Assembly (NCBI RefSeq): GCF_009834535.1
Contig: NC_045696.1
Location: 99,450,001 to 99,514,000, forward strand
From: Camelus ferus
Taxonomy: Eukaryota
Direction of reading: 5' to 3'
DNA length: 64,000 bases
Positions 49,221 through 63,359 of the stretch are shown here, piece by piece (positions within the stretch are counted from its first letter, which is position 1; each line of letters opens with the position of its first letter). Both the position numbers and the translations under genes were made by a program. The notes beneath the pieces are model-generated. The model did no database searches, was not told the DNA's origin, and saw only the letters and a list, made by a program, of their open reading frames with translations.

Positions 49221-50649
49221 AAACACATGATTCTGCATAATTAGTCCTCTGCTTCTAATTTTATCTTTTATAGCATATTTAGAGAAGCAAATTTCTGGAT
49301 GATTGTCTCAAGTTTCTTTTTAAATTTTGCCATTATAGAAAGACATGTTTGAGGGAGAGAGAGGAAAAAAGACTCTTCCTCTCAGCATGCTTTATTTGCC
49401 ATGTGTATTTATGTGACAAAAGAAAGTCATATGATTGAACAATAGCCTGTACTAAAATAAAATCCATCTTCCGTGCCTTTGTTCTTACAATATTTGCCTT
49501 TTTCAAAACCCAGATGTTTCTTTTTTCTTCTCTGACATGAACAGTAGGGCACAGAGCCTTGTGCAAATAGAAAGTGTGGGAAAAACCTGGAGGCTACCAG
49601 GCACTTAAAATAAAAGGAGAAAGGAGGAGCTTCCTTAGTCAGAAGAGGATAAGAGAGAAGATAAATCCCACTATGAAAACACTGCTTTAAGGGGGAAAAA
49701 AAGAATAAAACAATGGCATAAATGTGGCAACCATCTTTTAGGGCATAATGGATAATCTTTTATAGCACACGGAAGAGCTCTTCCTTAAGAGTAGTTGTGC
49801 TGAGTTCTTTCTGTACAGACAGTGAAACTTAAGATCAAAGTAGAGATCAGAGTCCTATCTTTGAAAGGAATGTTTTCTTTAAATCATAAATATAGTAATT
49901 GCCAATATAAAAATGATAGGAAATGCAGGAAAGTGTAAAAAGTAAAAAGCCTTCAGCATATTTTCACTTAGTTATTAAATTGCATAATTAAGATACATTT
50001 ATTTTCTCTAAGAATGTTTTACCCTGAAGAAATTCTCACTTAACATTATATCATAAGCACTTATCAAAATAAATAAGAAGTCTTCCTAAAATCTAATTTT
50101 GATTTCTTCACTTACGTGTGGAATTTATTTAACTGATCTATCACTTTGGAATATTCCGGTTATTTTGAATTTTATTATTTGAATGACACAGCTATAAACA
50201 GTTTATTGGCTTGAATCCTTGTTCACATCTGTCATTATTTCCTTAGGATAGGTTTCCAAGAGTAGAATTACTAGATTATAGAGTACACTCTTGCTTCTTA
50301 TTGATAAATTTCTTTACAAAAATGTGGTGATAATGTACATTTCCACTAGCAGTGAATATATCTGTTTCCTAATACATACTTAATAGAATAGCAAATAAAG
50401 GAGCAGTTGTATTAAAGTTGGACATCGTTCAGTGTAAGTTTGTATTCATTCATGATAATAAATTCTGAAGAAGATCTTACCAAAATTTATTTTTAAATAC
50501 AATAAAGCAACATATATTAAAATTTAGTGGATAAAATATTAACTAGTATACAGAAATGGAAACAATTTCCTTTCCTATATATTAATCAGAATTTCTTAAA
50601 AGTATGACATACATACCAGGTAAACAATAGCATTGTCATATAGCATTTT

Positions 50650-52232
50650 CTTTTTTCTTCTTCCAACTTTATAGAGGTATGATTGACAACAAAAAATTGT
50701 ATATATTTAGGTTGTATAACGTGATGTTTTGATACACATATACTTTGTGACATGATTACCACAATCAAGCTAATTAACATATACATCATCTCACATAGTG
50801 AACTTTGAGATCTACTCTCAGCAAATTTCAAGTACACAGCACATCATTGACTATAGTCACCTTGCTGAACATTAGGTCTCCAGAACTTAATTCACTTTAT
50901 AACAAAGCTTGTTCCCTCTGTTCCCTCTGACCGTTTCCACTTCTCCCCCGTGCACCCACCCCCATGCCCTTGGTGGCCACAATCTATTCTCTGTTACTAT
51001 GAGTTCAACTTCTTTTTTCTTTTTTAGATTTCACAAGTAAGTGAGATCATGCACTATTTGCCTTTCTGTATTTGGCTCGTTTCTCTTAGCATACAGTCCT
51101 CTAGGTTCAATCCTTGTTGTCACGAATGGCAAACTTTCCTTCTTTTTTTAAGTCCGAATAATACTCCAGTGTGTGTGTGTGTGTGTGTGTGTGCACGCAC
51201 ACGTGTGTATCTCAATTTCTTTATTCATTTACCTGTTGTTTCCATATCTGGCCTACTGTGAAAGATGCTGCAATGAACATGGGATTGTGCGTATCTCTGA
51301 GGTACCGATTTAATTTCCTTTTAGATCTATACCCAGAGGTGAGATTTCTGGATCATATGATAGTTCTAGTTTTAGTTTTTAGAGGACTCCTCCATACTGT
51401 TTTTCATAATGGCTGTACCAAATTGTATTCCCACCAGCAGTGTAAGAGGGTTCCCTATTCTCCACACCCTCACCAACACTTGTTATCTTTTGTCATTTTG
51501 TATATGAGCCATCCTAGTAGGCATGAGGTGATATCTGATTGTAGTTGTAATTTGCATTTCCCTGATGATTGGTGATGCTGAACACATTTTCATATACACG
51601 TTGGCCATCTGCGTGTCATCTTTGGAAAAAAAAGCCTATTCAAGTAGTTTGCCCACTTTTTTAATCAGGTTATTTGTTTGCTTGTTTTTGGTATTAGTTG
51701 TACATGTCCCTTGTATATTCTGAGTATTAACCCTTTAGCTGATTTGTAGTTTGCAGATATTTTCTCCACTGCATACAATGCCTTTCCATTTTGTCAAGTT
51801 TTCCCTTTGCTGTGCAGAAACTTTTAGCTTTATGTGATCTCACTTGTTTATGTTTGCTTTTGTTGCCTGTGCTTTTGGTGTCAAATCCAAAAAAATCATT
51901 GCCAAGACCAGTGTTAAGGCTCCTTGTTCCTATGTTTTCTTCTAGGAGTTTTACAGTTTCAGGTGTTACATTTAAGTCTTTAATCAATTTTGAGTTGATC
52001 TTTTGTAATGTGTAAGATAAGGGTCTAATTTCATTCTTTTGTATGTGGATATCCACTTTTTCCAACACCATTTATTGATGAGGCCACCCTCCCCTCATTG
52101 TGTATTCTTGGCACTTTTGTCAAAGATTAGCTGGCCATATACGCATTTCTGGGCTTTCAATTCCATTGGTCTAAACATCTGTGTTTATGGCAGTACCACA
52201 CTATTTTTATTACTGTAACTTTGTGGGGTAAT
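50650..52232 (-). mobile_element. L1MA9-like element, 3' UTR plus ORF2 C-terminal part
   Basis: 3' UTR motifs 'gattaccacaatcaagctaattaacata', 'gagatctactctcagcaaatttcaagtac'; antisense ORF2 motifs; ORF 51727-52071 (INSKLIKDLNVTPETVKLLEENIG) is ORF2p-like. Confidence 0.9.
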
Positions 52233-52851
52233 ATGAAACTGATCTTGAGTTTTAAAAAGCAAAATACAATAATATGAAATATGGGAAAATTTAACTTATT
52301 TTAAAGATTATTAAGGACACAAAAGAAATTGAGAAATAGATCTCATGTATCTGTCATTATTTATCCAAATTTCCTTTTTTAGGTTGATTTTTACCAAATT
52401 AAGGTAAAAAGTATACAGAGAATATGAAAGGGTTAAAATTCCATTACACCACTAAAATTCTTCCAAAATAGCTTATGATGGATCTCAAATTAAAAAAAAA
52501 CAAAACAGCAAAACAAACATACATGGGTAAAATCAAGTTGTGATGAATTGCAGAAGATGGGTTCACCTTGTTTTGCAGTTGTTTATAAATGTTATAGACT
52601 ACTTTGGAAATAGCATTTATTACGTAGCTAGTATGCGGTAAGCACTTTATATATAAAAATTAGGTTCAAAGTGATTTGGTTAATAAGCACAAAAGCCGAG
52701 GTTTGAACTTCTCCAAGTTGTGTTCTGTCCTTGTATCAAAACACTTCTTATACATCAGAAGTATGTGTACTGTCATTACTAGCATGTATGCTTGGTAGCA
52801 GATCTTCCAGGAAGAGTCTGACTTCAAGAAGGTTAAAACTTATTTGGGCAA

Positions 52852-53573
52852 TTACACTGCTGGTGGGAATGCAGTTTGGTGCAGCCACTATGGAAAACAG
52901 TGTGGAGATTCCTCAAAAGACTAGGAATAGACTTACCATATGACCCAGGAATCCCACTCCTGGGCTTATATCCAGAAGGAACCCTACTTCAGGATGACAC
53001 CTACACCCCAATGTTCATAGCAGCACTATTTACAATAGCCAAAACATGGAAACAGCCTAAATGTCCATCAACAGGTGACTGGATAAAGAAGAGTGGTATA
53101 TTTATACAATGGAATACTACTCAGCCATAAAAACCGACAACATGATGCCATTTGCAGCAACATGGATGCTCCTGGAGAATGTCATTCTAAGTGAAGTAAG
53201 CCAGAAAGAGAAAGAAAAATACCATATGAGATCGCTTATATGTGGAATCTAAAAAACAAAAACAAACAAACAAACAAAAACAAAGTGTAAATACAGGACA
53301 GAAATAGACTCATAGACAGAGAATACAAACTTGTGGTTGCCAGGGGGGCAGAGGGTGGGAAGGGATAGACTGGGATTTCAAAATTGTAGAATAGATAAAC
53401 AAGATTACAGTGTATAGCACAGGGAAATATACACAAAATGTTATGATACCTCACAGAGAAAAAAATGTGACAATGAGTGTGTATATGTCCATGAATGACT
53501 GAAAAATTGTGCTGAACACTGGAATTTGACACAACATTGTAAAATGATTATAAATCAATAAAAAAATGTTAAA
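52852..53573 (+). mobile_element. Young camelid 5'-truncated L1
   Basis: ORF 52876-53130 ([31 protein letters not shown]...) = L1 ORF2p C-terminus; 3' UTR with AATAAA; exact 17-bp TSD aaaacttatttgggcaa at 52835-52851 and 53574-53590. Confidence 0.95.
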
Positions 53574-53729
53574 AAAACTTATTTGGGCAAAACTGTACAG
53601 AAAAATATTTAAATTATACTTTGTTATATTCATCAAAGCTTAAAATGCAGATCCTAAATACAGAATTAATCCTCCCATAAAAATATATAGTAATTGCTTC
53701 TTTTGATGGAAGAACGTGTGATGAATACA

Positions 53730-54130
53730 TAGTTATAGACTAGCTACTCTACAAAATACTATGGCTCAAAAAGTTTTGTGTTTATTTACTCTTTGTATAA
53801 CACTTCTGAGATAGTTGGGGAGCCCACAAACTCAGTTTCTTCCTATATCGGTGCTTCACCACCTTCTAGGGCATTTCTGTGGTCTGCATGGTTAATGCTG
53901 GCTCATGAGCAGCACATGCAGTTTCTGGTCCAGGAGAAAAGCTATGGTCAGCAGTTTTCAGGGTGTACTTCCCTTACCCAATAAATTGCATATATCACGT
54001 CTACTCACATCCTATGAAACAAGAACTTAGCTACACTTAGTTGCAAGGGAGCCTTGGAAACATAGTTTCTGCCTCGGTAGTCATGTTCTCTGCTAAAACT
54101 TGGTGGAGTAGATATTGTTCAATTATGAAA
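53730..54130 (-). mobile_element. Old MaLR LTR (MLT1J/K/L-like)
   Basis: 'ctactcacatcctatgaaacaagaacttagctacacttagttgcaagggagccttggaaacatagttt'. Confidence 0.55.
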
Positions 54131-57100
54131 AGAATGAAGAACAGAATGGATAGTGGAGGAGCTATTTCATACTTAACTAAACCTATTGATACCTCATTTT
54201 CCCCAATGATTTTAATAATTGGTTTCAACAACTTGTGTTTTAACTAGTTTTATTTCCCCCTCTTTCATGATATGTTGGAACTGACTGCCCATGTCATTAT
54301 AGCTTTCCCCTCCCTTAGAGCTAGAGGTGACCAGAGAGGTAATCTACTCTAATTCTTATGTCTTATAGGTGAGAAGAATTCAGCTTAGAGAGGAATTCTA
54401 TATAGCTCAAATTTCTTCTGCTAATTAGTGTCAAAACTGAGACATTAATTTTAGACCCTGTTTTAAATCTAAAAGGTAAACCCTCTTATTCCTGTTAGTT
54501 TATTTTTTTAAAGAGCAGTTAAAATATGAAATCATTTAAAGTTAAATTTATACCTGAAACACTAAAAAATTATCTTAAAATATATGTGGCAAACGCTGTT
54601 TTTGTTTATAAAATGGATATGCTGATTGAAAGTCCTCAATATCTTCAATCCATTTGAATTTATCTATAATTTCTGGCTTCGTTGTCTTTGAACTAGAGCA
54701 AGAATTTAAAAACACATTTGAAATAATCTAAAATAAGTTTGTCTAGATTAAAACTTTTTTTTTCTCTAGCCTTTTATGAATATCTTGAATAGATCTAAAT
54801 CTACATCATTTCTTTTCCAGCCATTGGCTTTTTATCTAGTCTCTCCAAAGTATTCAACTTTTAACAGAAACAAGAATTGTCTTTCTCTTGGCACTCATAT
54901 TCTACTGGGTTATGAAATATTTAATTGAATTATGTAAATTCAGTACTAAGCCCAATTGAAATAAACATTTTGGGTTTGAATATAACCAACTTTTATTAAA
55001 CATACAACTTAACCAAGGAAGCAGACATGGAAGAGTGTGCTTAAAGAGTGTCTTACCAGCTCCGGGCTCCACATGCTGGATACATCAATCAGTACATCAC
55101 ACAGAGGGAATGGGGAGCTTTAAAGAGAGCTTCTTAAATGTGCAACCAAAATTAATCCTTGTTGACTGCTCATATTTTAAAGTTTACCATTTCTCCTCCT
55201 TTGTTTTTATTATTATTAGTATCATATTCCTCACCATTAGTAATCAAGATCATAATATAGAGAATATTGTGTGAGAAATTGCACAATCCTGAAATGTTAA
55301 GATATGGTCTCTAACCTGAATGGATTTGAAATTTAGGTGGGAGGAGACAGCATCAAAGGCAAAGTTGTGAAAAGCCCGAAGTAAAATCAAGGAGAATTTG
55401 GGGTGAGGCAAAGTTTTCCCTGTTCTTTTTCATATTCTTCTAGGCCTTCTAAGAAAAGCCAGTATGCTAATTTTATTAAAAATACCAAATTCCACATAAT
55501 GCTGTTTTTTCATATATCAACAGTGACCAAATCTATGAAGATACTAAACTATCTAAAATGCAGATACAATTTTATTTATAAATATGATTTTTACAAAATT
55601 GAAAGCAAATTAGGTATTCAACCCCGTGTCATTAAAAGCTTGAGAATCTCCCCTTTACATCTCCTGCACAGAAGCAGTTGACTTTATCAGGAAATACAGT
55701 GAAGCAGAACTTGTGGACTCCAGAGATGCAAACGTATCTCTTAAAAAACCTCAGAATCATTTATGATTGTTATCATGTTAATAGTTAAAATAAATGAACA
55801 TACACATTACATGGACTGTTAGGAAACCATTAAAAATAATTTTATGAAGCATTTAAAAAAATAATGCTGGAAACTTCTGAGGAGAATTCTTTGTGTAAAA
55901 CCATGAAATAAAACTGATGGTAGAGTTTAACCACAGCTGTGTAATGAAGTCACGTAACCCTGAAAGAACATATACTGTAGAGATAATTGGTAATAAAAAT
56001 TTTTCCTTTATACTTATTTGTCAGCAGTTAAAATGTTATTTTAAATAAGTATTACATGCATTCCAGTTTTCTCTAGTGTATCATTTAATATATGTGATTT
56101 TAAAATCTCCCCAACAATTTACAAAGTTACAGAGTTTTTAATTGTTCTTTAGTCTTGATGAGGATAAATTTCAGGTATAAGCAGCTATAGAATGTGGATG
56201 GTTTTACCCACAGAAAAGGACAGGGCATTGTCATTGTCAACTCCCATGCCCCAGCAAATGTGCTAAATTTATACACTTTCAAGAGTAATACAAGCTGGTG
56301 AATTTTTTTTTTTTCTGAAAAAGGAATAGCACTAACAGATTATAATTAAATGAAAGATATATCTCCCTACAGATAATAGATCTCAAAATTTTGTTTATAG
56401 GATATGTTTTTTTCAAATATATGGTAATAAAGATGTGATTTCAGGACAGCTGTCAACTAAATTCATTCCAGCTAATCAAAAGTCCATTTAAGTTACTTAC
56501 TCTGTAAAGGTTAAAAAACATTTTTATCTTCGAGTGTGTTAGGGAGTTCTGTGGTAAAGATAATAGATTTCATAAAAATTGATAAGAGAAAATATAACTA
56601 GTAATGGGTTGCCCAAGTGTTGAGTAGGTGAGCAAAAAATAAAAAATTACTTTCACCAATGTGTTTATTGCGTACAGTTTAGTTCCTGTGCCTCACCCGC
56701 ATTCTTCTTGCCTGACTTTTGTTAGAAAAGGTCAGATTTTGAGTAATTGGCTGAAAGTATAATTAAAGCTAATTAACAAGTAATGCAGGCAAGACTGCAC
56801 AATTATAGAAATGATTTTCACAGTGATAAACTAGAGCAGAAAGTTAGAGTGCTGTAGCTTCTAAAATGTTTTTCCCAAAGCCTTGTTTAAATTGCTTCCA
56901 TGAGATAATCAAGCACATGTGTGAAATTATACACGTATTTGACAATGTGGTTTTTAAAAATTGTTACTTCACCCTCCAATTAATCCTACCAACCTGCCTA
57001 TCCTGACCACATTTAAATGGACCATGAAAACGACACCAAAGAAAAGATTGCTTTTTAGAGGTAAATGAGCTACTTAGATTATTGGGTTTTTTTTTAAATC

Positions 57101-58433
57101 TATGTCTAAAATCTTTATGGTTTCAGACTTTTAAAACCTTTAATGCAACACCAAATTATAATGTACAATATAAAAATTATAAATACGTTGAGGATATTGG
57201 TAGAAAAGATTAGTTTACAATATACTATTTTTTGATTCTTCACACCATTATATGTATATAAGCATCTGAAATATTCTGCCCAATAAAAATGCTTTCCTTG
57301 CCAGAAATTCACAACTGTACCTCCTTCAAATAAGTAAGCAGACAGAATAAAGAGAAAGTTCTCATCCTGCATACTTCAGTTTCATTTTGTTACAATGGAT
57401 TTAACAGTAACAAGTAGCAAGGATACAGAATTTGAGATGATTTCAATACTTCTCCACCCACTGGTATGAGTAATGATAAAAGTTTCAGGGAGAGGTTGAA
57501 GAAATATTAACTATGTTGTCTTTCTTATTAACATTTCATGCGCGTGGCTTTCGAATACTTAATGCTGTTAATCTTCTTTTGTTGGTCATCAAATGGATAT
57601 TCACTAGGACCTTGAAGTAACCCTCAGCATCTTCTCTTTCAAGCATGATGGCCAAATGTTGTAGAGTAGGGCACTGGGTGTCTGTGGGCAGTGGGGGTTA
57701 GGGAGCTGAAATCCGTGTCTTGCATCATTTCCTGGGTTGTACCCCTGCTGTCTCCGCCCACTTCTCCCTCCCCTTCTTCCTGTTTTTCCTTTTGTATATG
57801 TTCTCTCAGTTAATGCTCTCCAAGACTCCATAACTTAGTCATTTTCAAATTCCTCATAACCCTCTTCCTCTTACATTGAGCAAATCTCCAAAATCCACTG
57901 ATGTTCATTTTCAAAGTATTTCAAATCCATTCCCTCATTCCACTCCTACTGATACTTCTTTTGTTCAGAACAACATAAAGGCTCATTCTACTACTGCAAT
58001 AGTCTTTTAATTCTTCTTCCATTTGACATTTTATTTCTCTACAATTCATTCTTCTTTTTCTATGAAAAATATCTTTCTCAATTATAGGCAGCTTCTTGTA
58101 GCCAAGAGTTCTATGTACAATTTTGAGTGGAATACCCTGATATCAGGGCTTTTTTTCATTGCATTTAAAGGATGTAATGATGCTGAACATGGGTTAGAAT
58201 ACAGTATCTGATATCAAAATATTCTTTATTTTTTTCATTGTAATGCTGATATCTTTGCATAAATGAATTTCTCTTTCCTAATTACTATGTGCTTCCTGGA
58301 TTTTCCAGTTTCTATTAGTCACCTTGGACTGAAACCAATGAGCCTTCTTGTCTAAATGGGTGTTAGCTAAGTATATGGTGAAGTCTAGAAACACACAGAA
58401 TTTTTCATTCTAAAATATATAAAATTTATAAAT

Positions 58434-58567
58434 TACTTCTCAGACTTTAAGGTGCATATAAATCACCTGAGATTTTTTAAAAAGTTTAGATTTTGATTCA
58501 GTGGGTCTGGCATAGGTCCTGCAATTCTATATTTCTAACAAGCTTTCCAGGTGGTAGTCTTGCTGCT
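58434..58567. mobile_element. MER5A-like DNA transposon lacking its right end
   Basis: 'ttctcagactttaaggtgcatataaatcacctgag...tgattcagtgggtctgg...atttctaacaagctttccaggtgg...tgctgct'. Confidence 0.85.
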
Positions 58568-59834
58568 ATTTTGTAAATAAGCTTATATGTCTTTTTTTTT
58601 CTTTCCAGATTCCACTTATGAGTGATATCATATGGTATTTTTCTTTCTCTTTCTGGCTTACTTCACTTAGAATGACATTCTCTAGGGCCATCCATGTTGC
58701 TGCAAATGGCATTCTTTTATTATTCTTTATGGCCGAGTAGTATTCCACTGTATAAATATACCACAGCTTCTTTATCGAGTCATCTGTCGATGGACATTTA
58801 GGTTGTTTCCATGTCTTGGCTATTGTAAATAGTGCTGGTATGAGCATTGCGGTGCAGGTATCTTTTTGAATTAAGGTTCCCTCTGGATATATGCCCAGGA
58901 GTGGGATTGCTGGATCATATGATAAGTCTGTTTTAAGTCTTTTGAGGAATCTCCATACTGTTTTCCATATGGCTGCACCAAACTGCATTCCCATCAACAG
59001 TGTAGGAGGGTTTCCTTTTCTTCACATCCTCTCCAGCATTTATTGTTTGTGGACTTTTGAATGATGGCCTTTCTCACTGATGTGAGGTGATACCTCATTG
59101 TAGTTTTGATTTGCATTTCTTTAATAATTAGTGATATTGAGTATTTTTTCATGTGTCTAATGGCCCTTTGTATGTGTTCATTGGAGAATTGCTTGTTTAG
59201 GTCTTCTGCCCATTTTTGGATTGGGTTGTTTGTTTTTTTTCTTATTAAGTTGTATGAGCTGTTTATATATTCTGGAAATCAAGTCCTTGTCAGTCTCATC
59301 TTTTGCAAATATTTTCTCCCATTCCGTAGGTGGTTGTTTTATTTTACTTATAGTTTCCTTAGCTGTGCAAAAGCTTGTAAGTTTAATTAGGTCCCATTTA
59401 TTTATTTTTGCTTTTATTTCTATTGCTTGGGTAGATTGCCATAGGAGAACATTGCTAAGATTTATGTTAGAGAATGTTTTTCCTATGTTTTCTTCTAGGA
59501 GATTTATTGTGTCTTGTTTTATGTTTAAGTCTTAAAGCCATTTTAAGTTTATTTTTGTGTATGGTGTGATGGAGTATTCTAACTTCATTGATTTACATGC
59601 TGCTGTCCAGTTTTCCCAACACCATTTGCTGAAGAGACTGTCTTTATTCCATTGTATGTTCTTGCCTCCTTTTGTCAAAGATTAATTGACCAAAAGTCTG
59701 TGGGTTTATTTCTGGGCTCTCTATTCTGTTCCATTGATCCATATGTCTGATTTTGTACCAATACCATGTTGTTTTGATTACTGTAGCTCTACAGTATTGT
59801 CTGAAGTCTGGGAGGGTTATTCCTCCAGCTTTAT
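58566..59834 (-). mobile_element. Camelid/artiodactyl L1 ORF2 3' part; distal 3' UTR and poly(A) absent
   Basis: ORF 58566-58997 ([28 protein letters not shown]...FAATWMALENVILSEVSQKEKEKYHMISLISG) = L1 ORF2p C-terminus. Confidence 0.92.
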
Positions 59835-62639
59835 TTCATCAAGAAATCTCATTTGGCTGTGTTGTTGGGTGAGTAAGATACAGAAGCTTATGGGAAGGAA
59901 ACTTGGAAGAGGTCTAAGAAACAGAGAAGAGCATTTTAAGGGTCACCAGATGTGAACTTGGCTTATATTTCACGTGAGAAAAGTCGGTATGATACTCAAC
60001 TATTTTCAGAATGCCTTTTAGACTAGCCTAGACTAGTCATCTCCCTTGAAGCAATAGAGTCTTTTTTAATTTTCCTGTTCAACCCAGAAAATATGCACGT
60101 GTAAGACAGGGGATGAGGTAAGTGGACAGTAGATCCTGAATGATGGTTAATCAAGATGAATGAATTGTTGACCACGAGGATACATTAATGTACTAGGCCT
60201 GGCATAATGACCACAATTAAGGACATGATCGATGGTATACAAGTGACTTCTCTGTAGCGCCTATACATACAACATATAGGTGACACTATAACTACAGTGA
60301 TGGACGGCAGGAGTTAAACTTAAGAATATCTTTAAGATTAAAATTCTCGATCACATGCAAGCTCCTCTAATACTGTTCCTGCATAGCTATTACTTATTCT
60401 GATTTAACAAGTTAAGGCACATGATTTTTGGCCTACTTTAATTTCCCAGGAACTGCTCTGGTATTCATGATTCTTTATACACAATGAAAACATCAGAGTC
60501 CTTCATTGTTTTTTTTCCTCTATTAAGTCACCAAATAAAGATATTATCCACATTAAAGATGGTGCTTGCTACTAAGCAAATTAGATTCAAGCCATCCTAA
60601 ATAAATATGCAATCCAATTAAAAAGTGTTTTTTGTCTGTGGGAGGGGCCACTACTAGACAATCCCTCTATCCAGTTTAAATTAGGCGATTACCCTTTAGA
60701 GTCTCCTACATAAAACTCTGGATTTGCTACTGTCAAAAAGAATCTGGCACTTTAGAGGATTCCCTTCCAATCTGCTCTCAATCTGATAGGTTAATTGCCA
60801 GTTCTTTGCATCATGTCTCAATATTATAACTATGTGTCAAATACATATGTTTTGTTTTTGCATCGAGCAAAGGAAGGTTCAAAAGGGTAACAACAATGTT
60901 TCAAACTACTCATACTAATGCTGTAAAAATGCCAGCTGTATTTTGGGAGGTAGTGGCTCAGGATCCACCCTCAAGGAGGCTCAGAGAAACATAAAGTGGC
61001 AAAGTAACTACCTCAAACACCTTTTTCAGAGTAATATACAGCACTGAAACATATAATTCACATTAAAGACCCTTTAAAATTTAAAAGCTATTTTTTAGGG
61101 ACTTTTCTTCCTCCACCATTTTTTCTTTTTTTCCCAGTTCCTTTGCCATCCTGATGAAGTGGGCATCTGAATGGTTTTAATGTCTACACTTACCCATGAG
61201 GCAATGGAATGAGTCATTTCCCTCAAGTCAACTATAACTGGAAAATGTAAAAGTCTATGCTATGTCCGGGAGGAGTTGGGATGGTCTTTATCTTATTTTA
61301 AGAGATTGATTTGAGATCTTTACATTATGAGTGAGCACACATTTGAGACCAATTTTAATGTTTTTCTTGGAAAAACAGTACACTTAGGAGTTAAACTTTG
61401 TCCCAACAACTGGTTTTTATTAGTAAGGAAGATGAACTTGAAACACAGGAATAATGGAACAGAGGAACAGAATTATTGAAAGATAGCCCTCTGATTATTG
61501 AGCTTCTAGTCACTTGCTCATTTTAATAAAAAAATAAAATTAATTTTTTTCACAAAAACACCTTGTTAATTCATGAGACATGCGTATACACGTATATTTA
61601 TTTCTATATATGTGTATAGAAAGGCATTTTCTGTCCAAGGCAGAGACCACTGATTGTGTTATGGTGGTAAATTATATGATGAAGACTAAATTCTTATACA
61701 ATATAAATTTTACAAGTAAAAATAAATGTCCTTTTATACACTGACAGTGAAAATTAATCCATCTGCTTTTCCCCAAATAATTTTGAGACATGATTAACTG
61801 CTCTTAGATAACTTCTGGGCACAGTGTCATGTGTTTGTGAGTCAAAAATATTTGTTAGACTAATGGCACCAAATATTGGAGTGTGATCAAATGTAATATA
61901 CTTCCTCTTAGCCAGACTTTCCCAATTTGATCAGTCACTTTTAGTAGAAAAGTATTTTCCAGGGAGGTTACCATAATCTCCAAGTAGCAGGAATTTAGGA
62001 GACTATTAAAACTGCATTGAAATAAATTCATGAAAAAAATTTAATCTTTTTCTGAAAACTGAAAAACAATGTCCCTAAGCATTTTGAGCAAAGGAAATAC
62101 ATTCTCAAAAAATGTTAACCAATTTTCTACTTGGAATTAAAATATATAAGAAGTTGCACCCACTTGATATTTTTCAACCCCATTTTCCTTAACATGCCTC
62201 AGAGTTTGTCTGAAATAGCTATAAACCATGACACCAGTCGATATTATTATTATTGAAGACCATGGAAGAGTATGTGTTTAAAGCCTGATTAAAGCATATT
62301 TGAATGACCTTTATAAAATTTTAGAATACCAAGGATTATGCTTGTTGACAGTGAGTGAAATGGAATAACCAGAGATAAAAAGGATTTTTGATCCTAGGAA
62401 AAAAGACATCCAGGCAGAATTTAGTCATAAAACATATTTTTGCAGCTACTTAAAACTAATGAGACTTATAAATCTTTCCCTCTCTCCTCACAGTCCATCT
62501 AAGAAGATAAATCATTTACAGAAGATAAGTATGGTCTAAAGTAACAGGGAACATTTCACCTTTTGTAATTATTTAAAATTTGCTGTATATTTTTTTTGGT
62601 TAAATTGTTTTAAAAATCAGGTAAATACTGATAAAGGTT

Positions 62640-63305
62640 GGGTTCTGTTTTCAAAGAATCCTTTAAAACCACGAATAAGTATGTAATCAAAAAGTGATAA
62701 GCCCTCTGAAGAAAAATATACTGTGCTCAATGAAAGAGAGTGTTGAGATGTGGTTTGGATTGGGGGATCAAGGAGGTTCTCTATGAGGAAGGACGTATTT
62801 AAGCTGAGGCTGGGAAGATTTAAGGTGAAAGCAATAGCAGGCTTGAAACCAAAACTGAAAAAGAGCTTGGCAGGTTTGTTAAACAGAAGGAAGCCATGTG
62901 GCAAGAGAATGGAGATTCAGAAATGCAAAATTAGTTTAGAGAATTAGGCAGACCCAGGTAACAGAGCTTTGTAGGCCATGGACAAAAATTTGAATTTTAT
63001 TTTAAATATAATGAAAAACCTATAAAGGTTGCTTTAAGGGCAGTGACGTAATCTAATGAACATTAAAAAAATCTATGGCACTTGCAGTTATGTGAAAAGT
63101 GAACTGAAAGGGGAAAAGAGGGAAATGAGAGAGAAAAGTATGGATTTGTCTCAGAAAAGCTGATGGTGGTTTTGACTAAGGTGGTGGCACTGGTAATGGA
63201 GAGAAGTCAGTGTATTTAAAATATAGGTTGAGATTTGGTGATGATTTGATGTTGAAGGTAAAGAAGAGGATGGGTCAAAAATGCTTGGTTTCTGGTGTGA
63301 CAAAG
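62640..63305 (-). mobile_element. LINE-2 fragment (antisense)
   Basis: 'gagctttgtaggccatggacaaaaatttgaattttatttt', 'gactaaggtggtggcactggtaatggagagaagt'. Confidence 0.75.
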
Positions 63306-63359
63306 TATGTAGAGCAGATCTAAGTGCTTTTACTTTTAAATGAAATTACCCTTTATGTA

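Noticed and set aside
58566..58997. 143-aa ORF
   Set aside because: L1 ORF2p C-terminal remnant of a truncated element, not a host gene
60274..60291. atataggtgacactataa matches the phage SP6 promoter (ATTTAGGTGACACTATAG) at 16/18 positions, within a weak hairpin
   Set aside because: Two mismatches including the +1 G, and no polylinker or vector sequence around it; most likely chance rather than contamination
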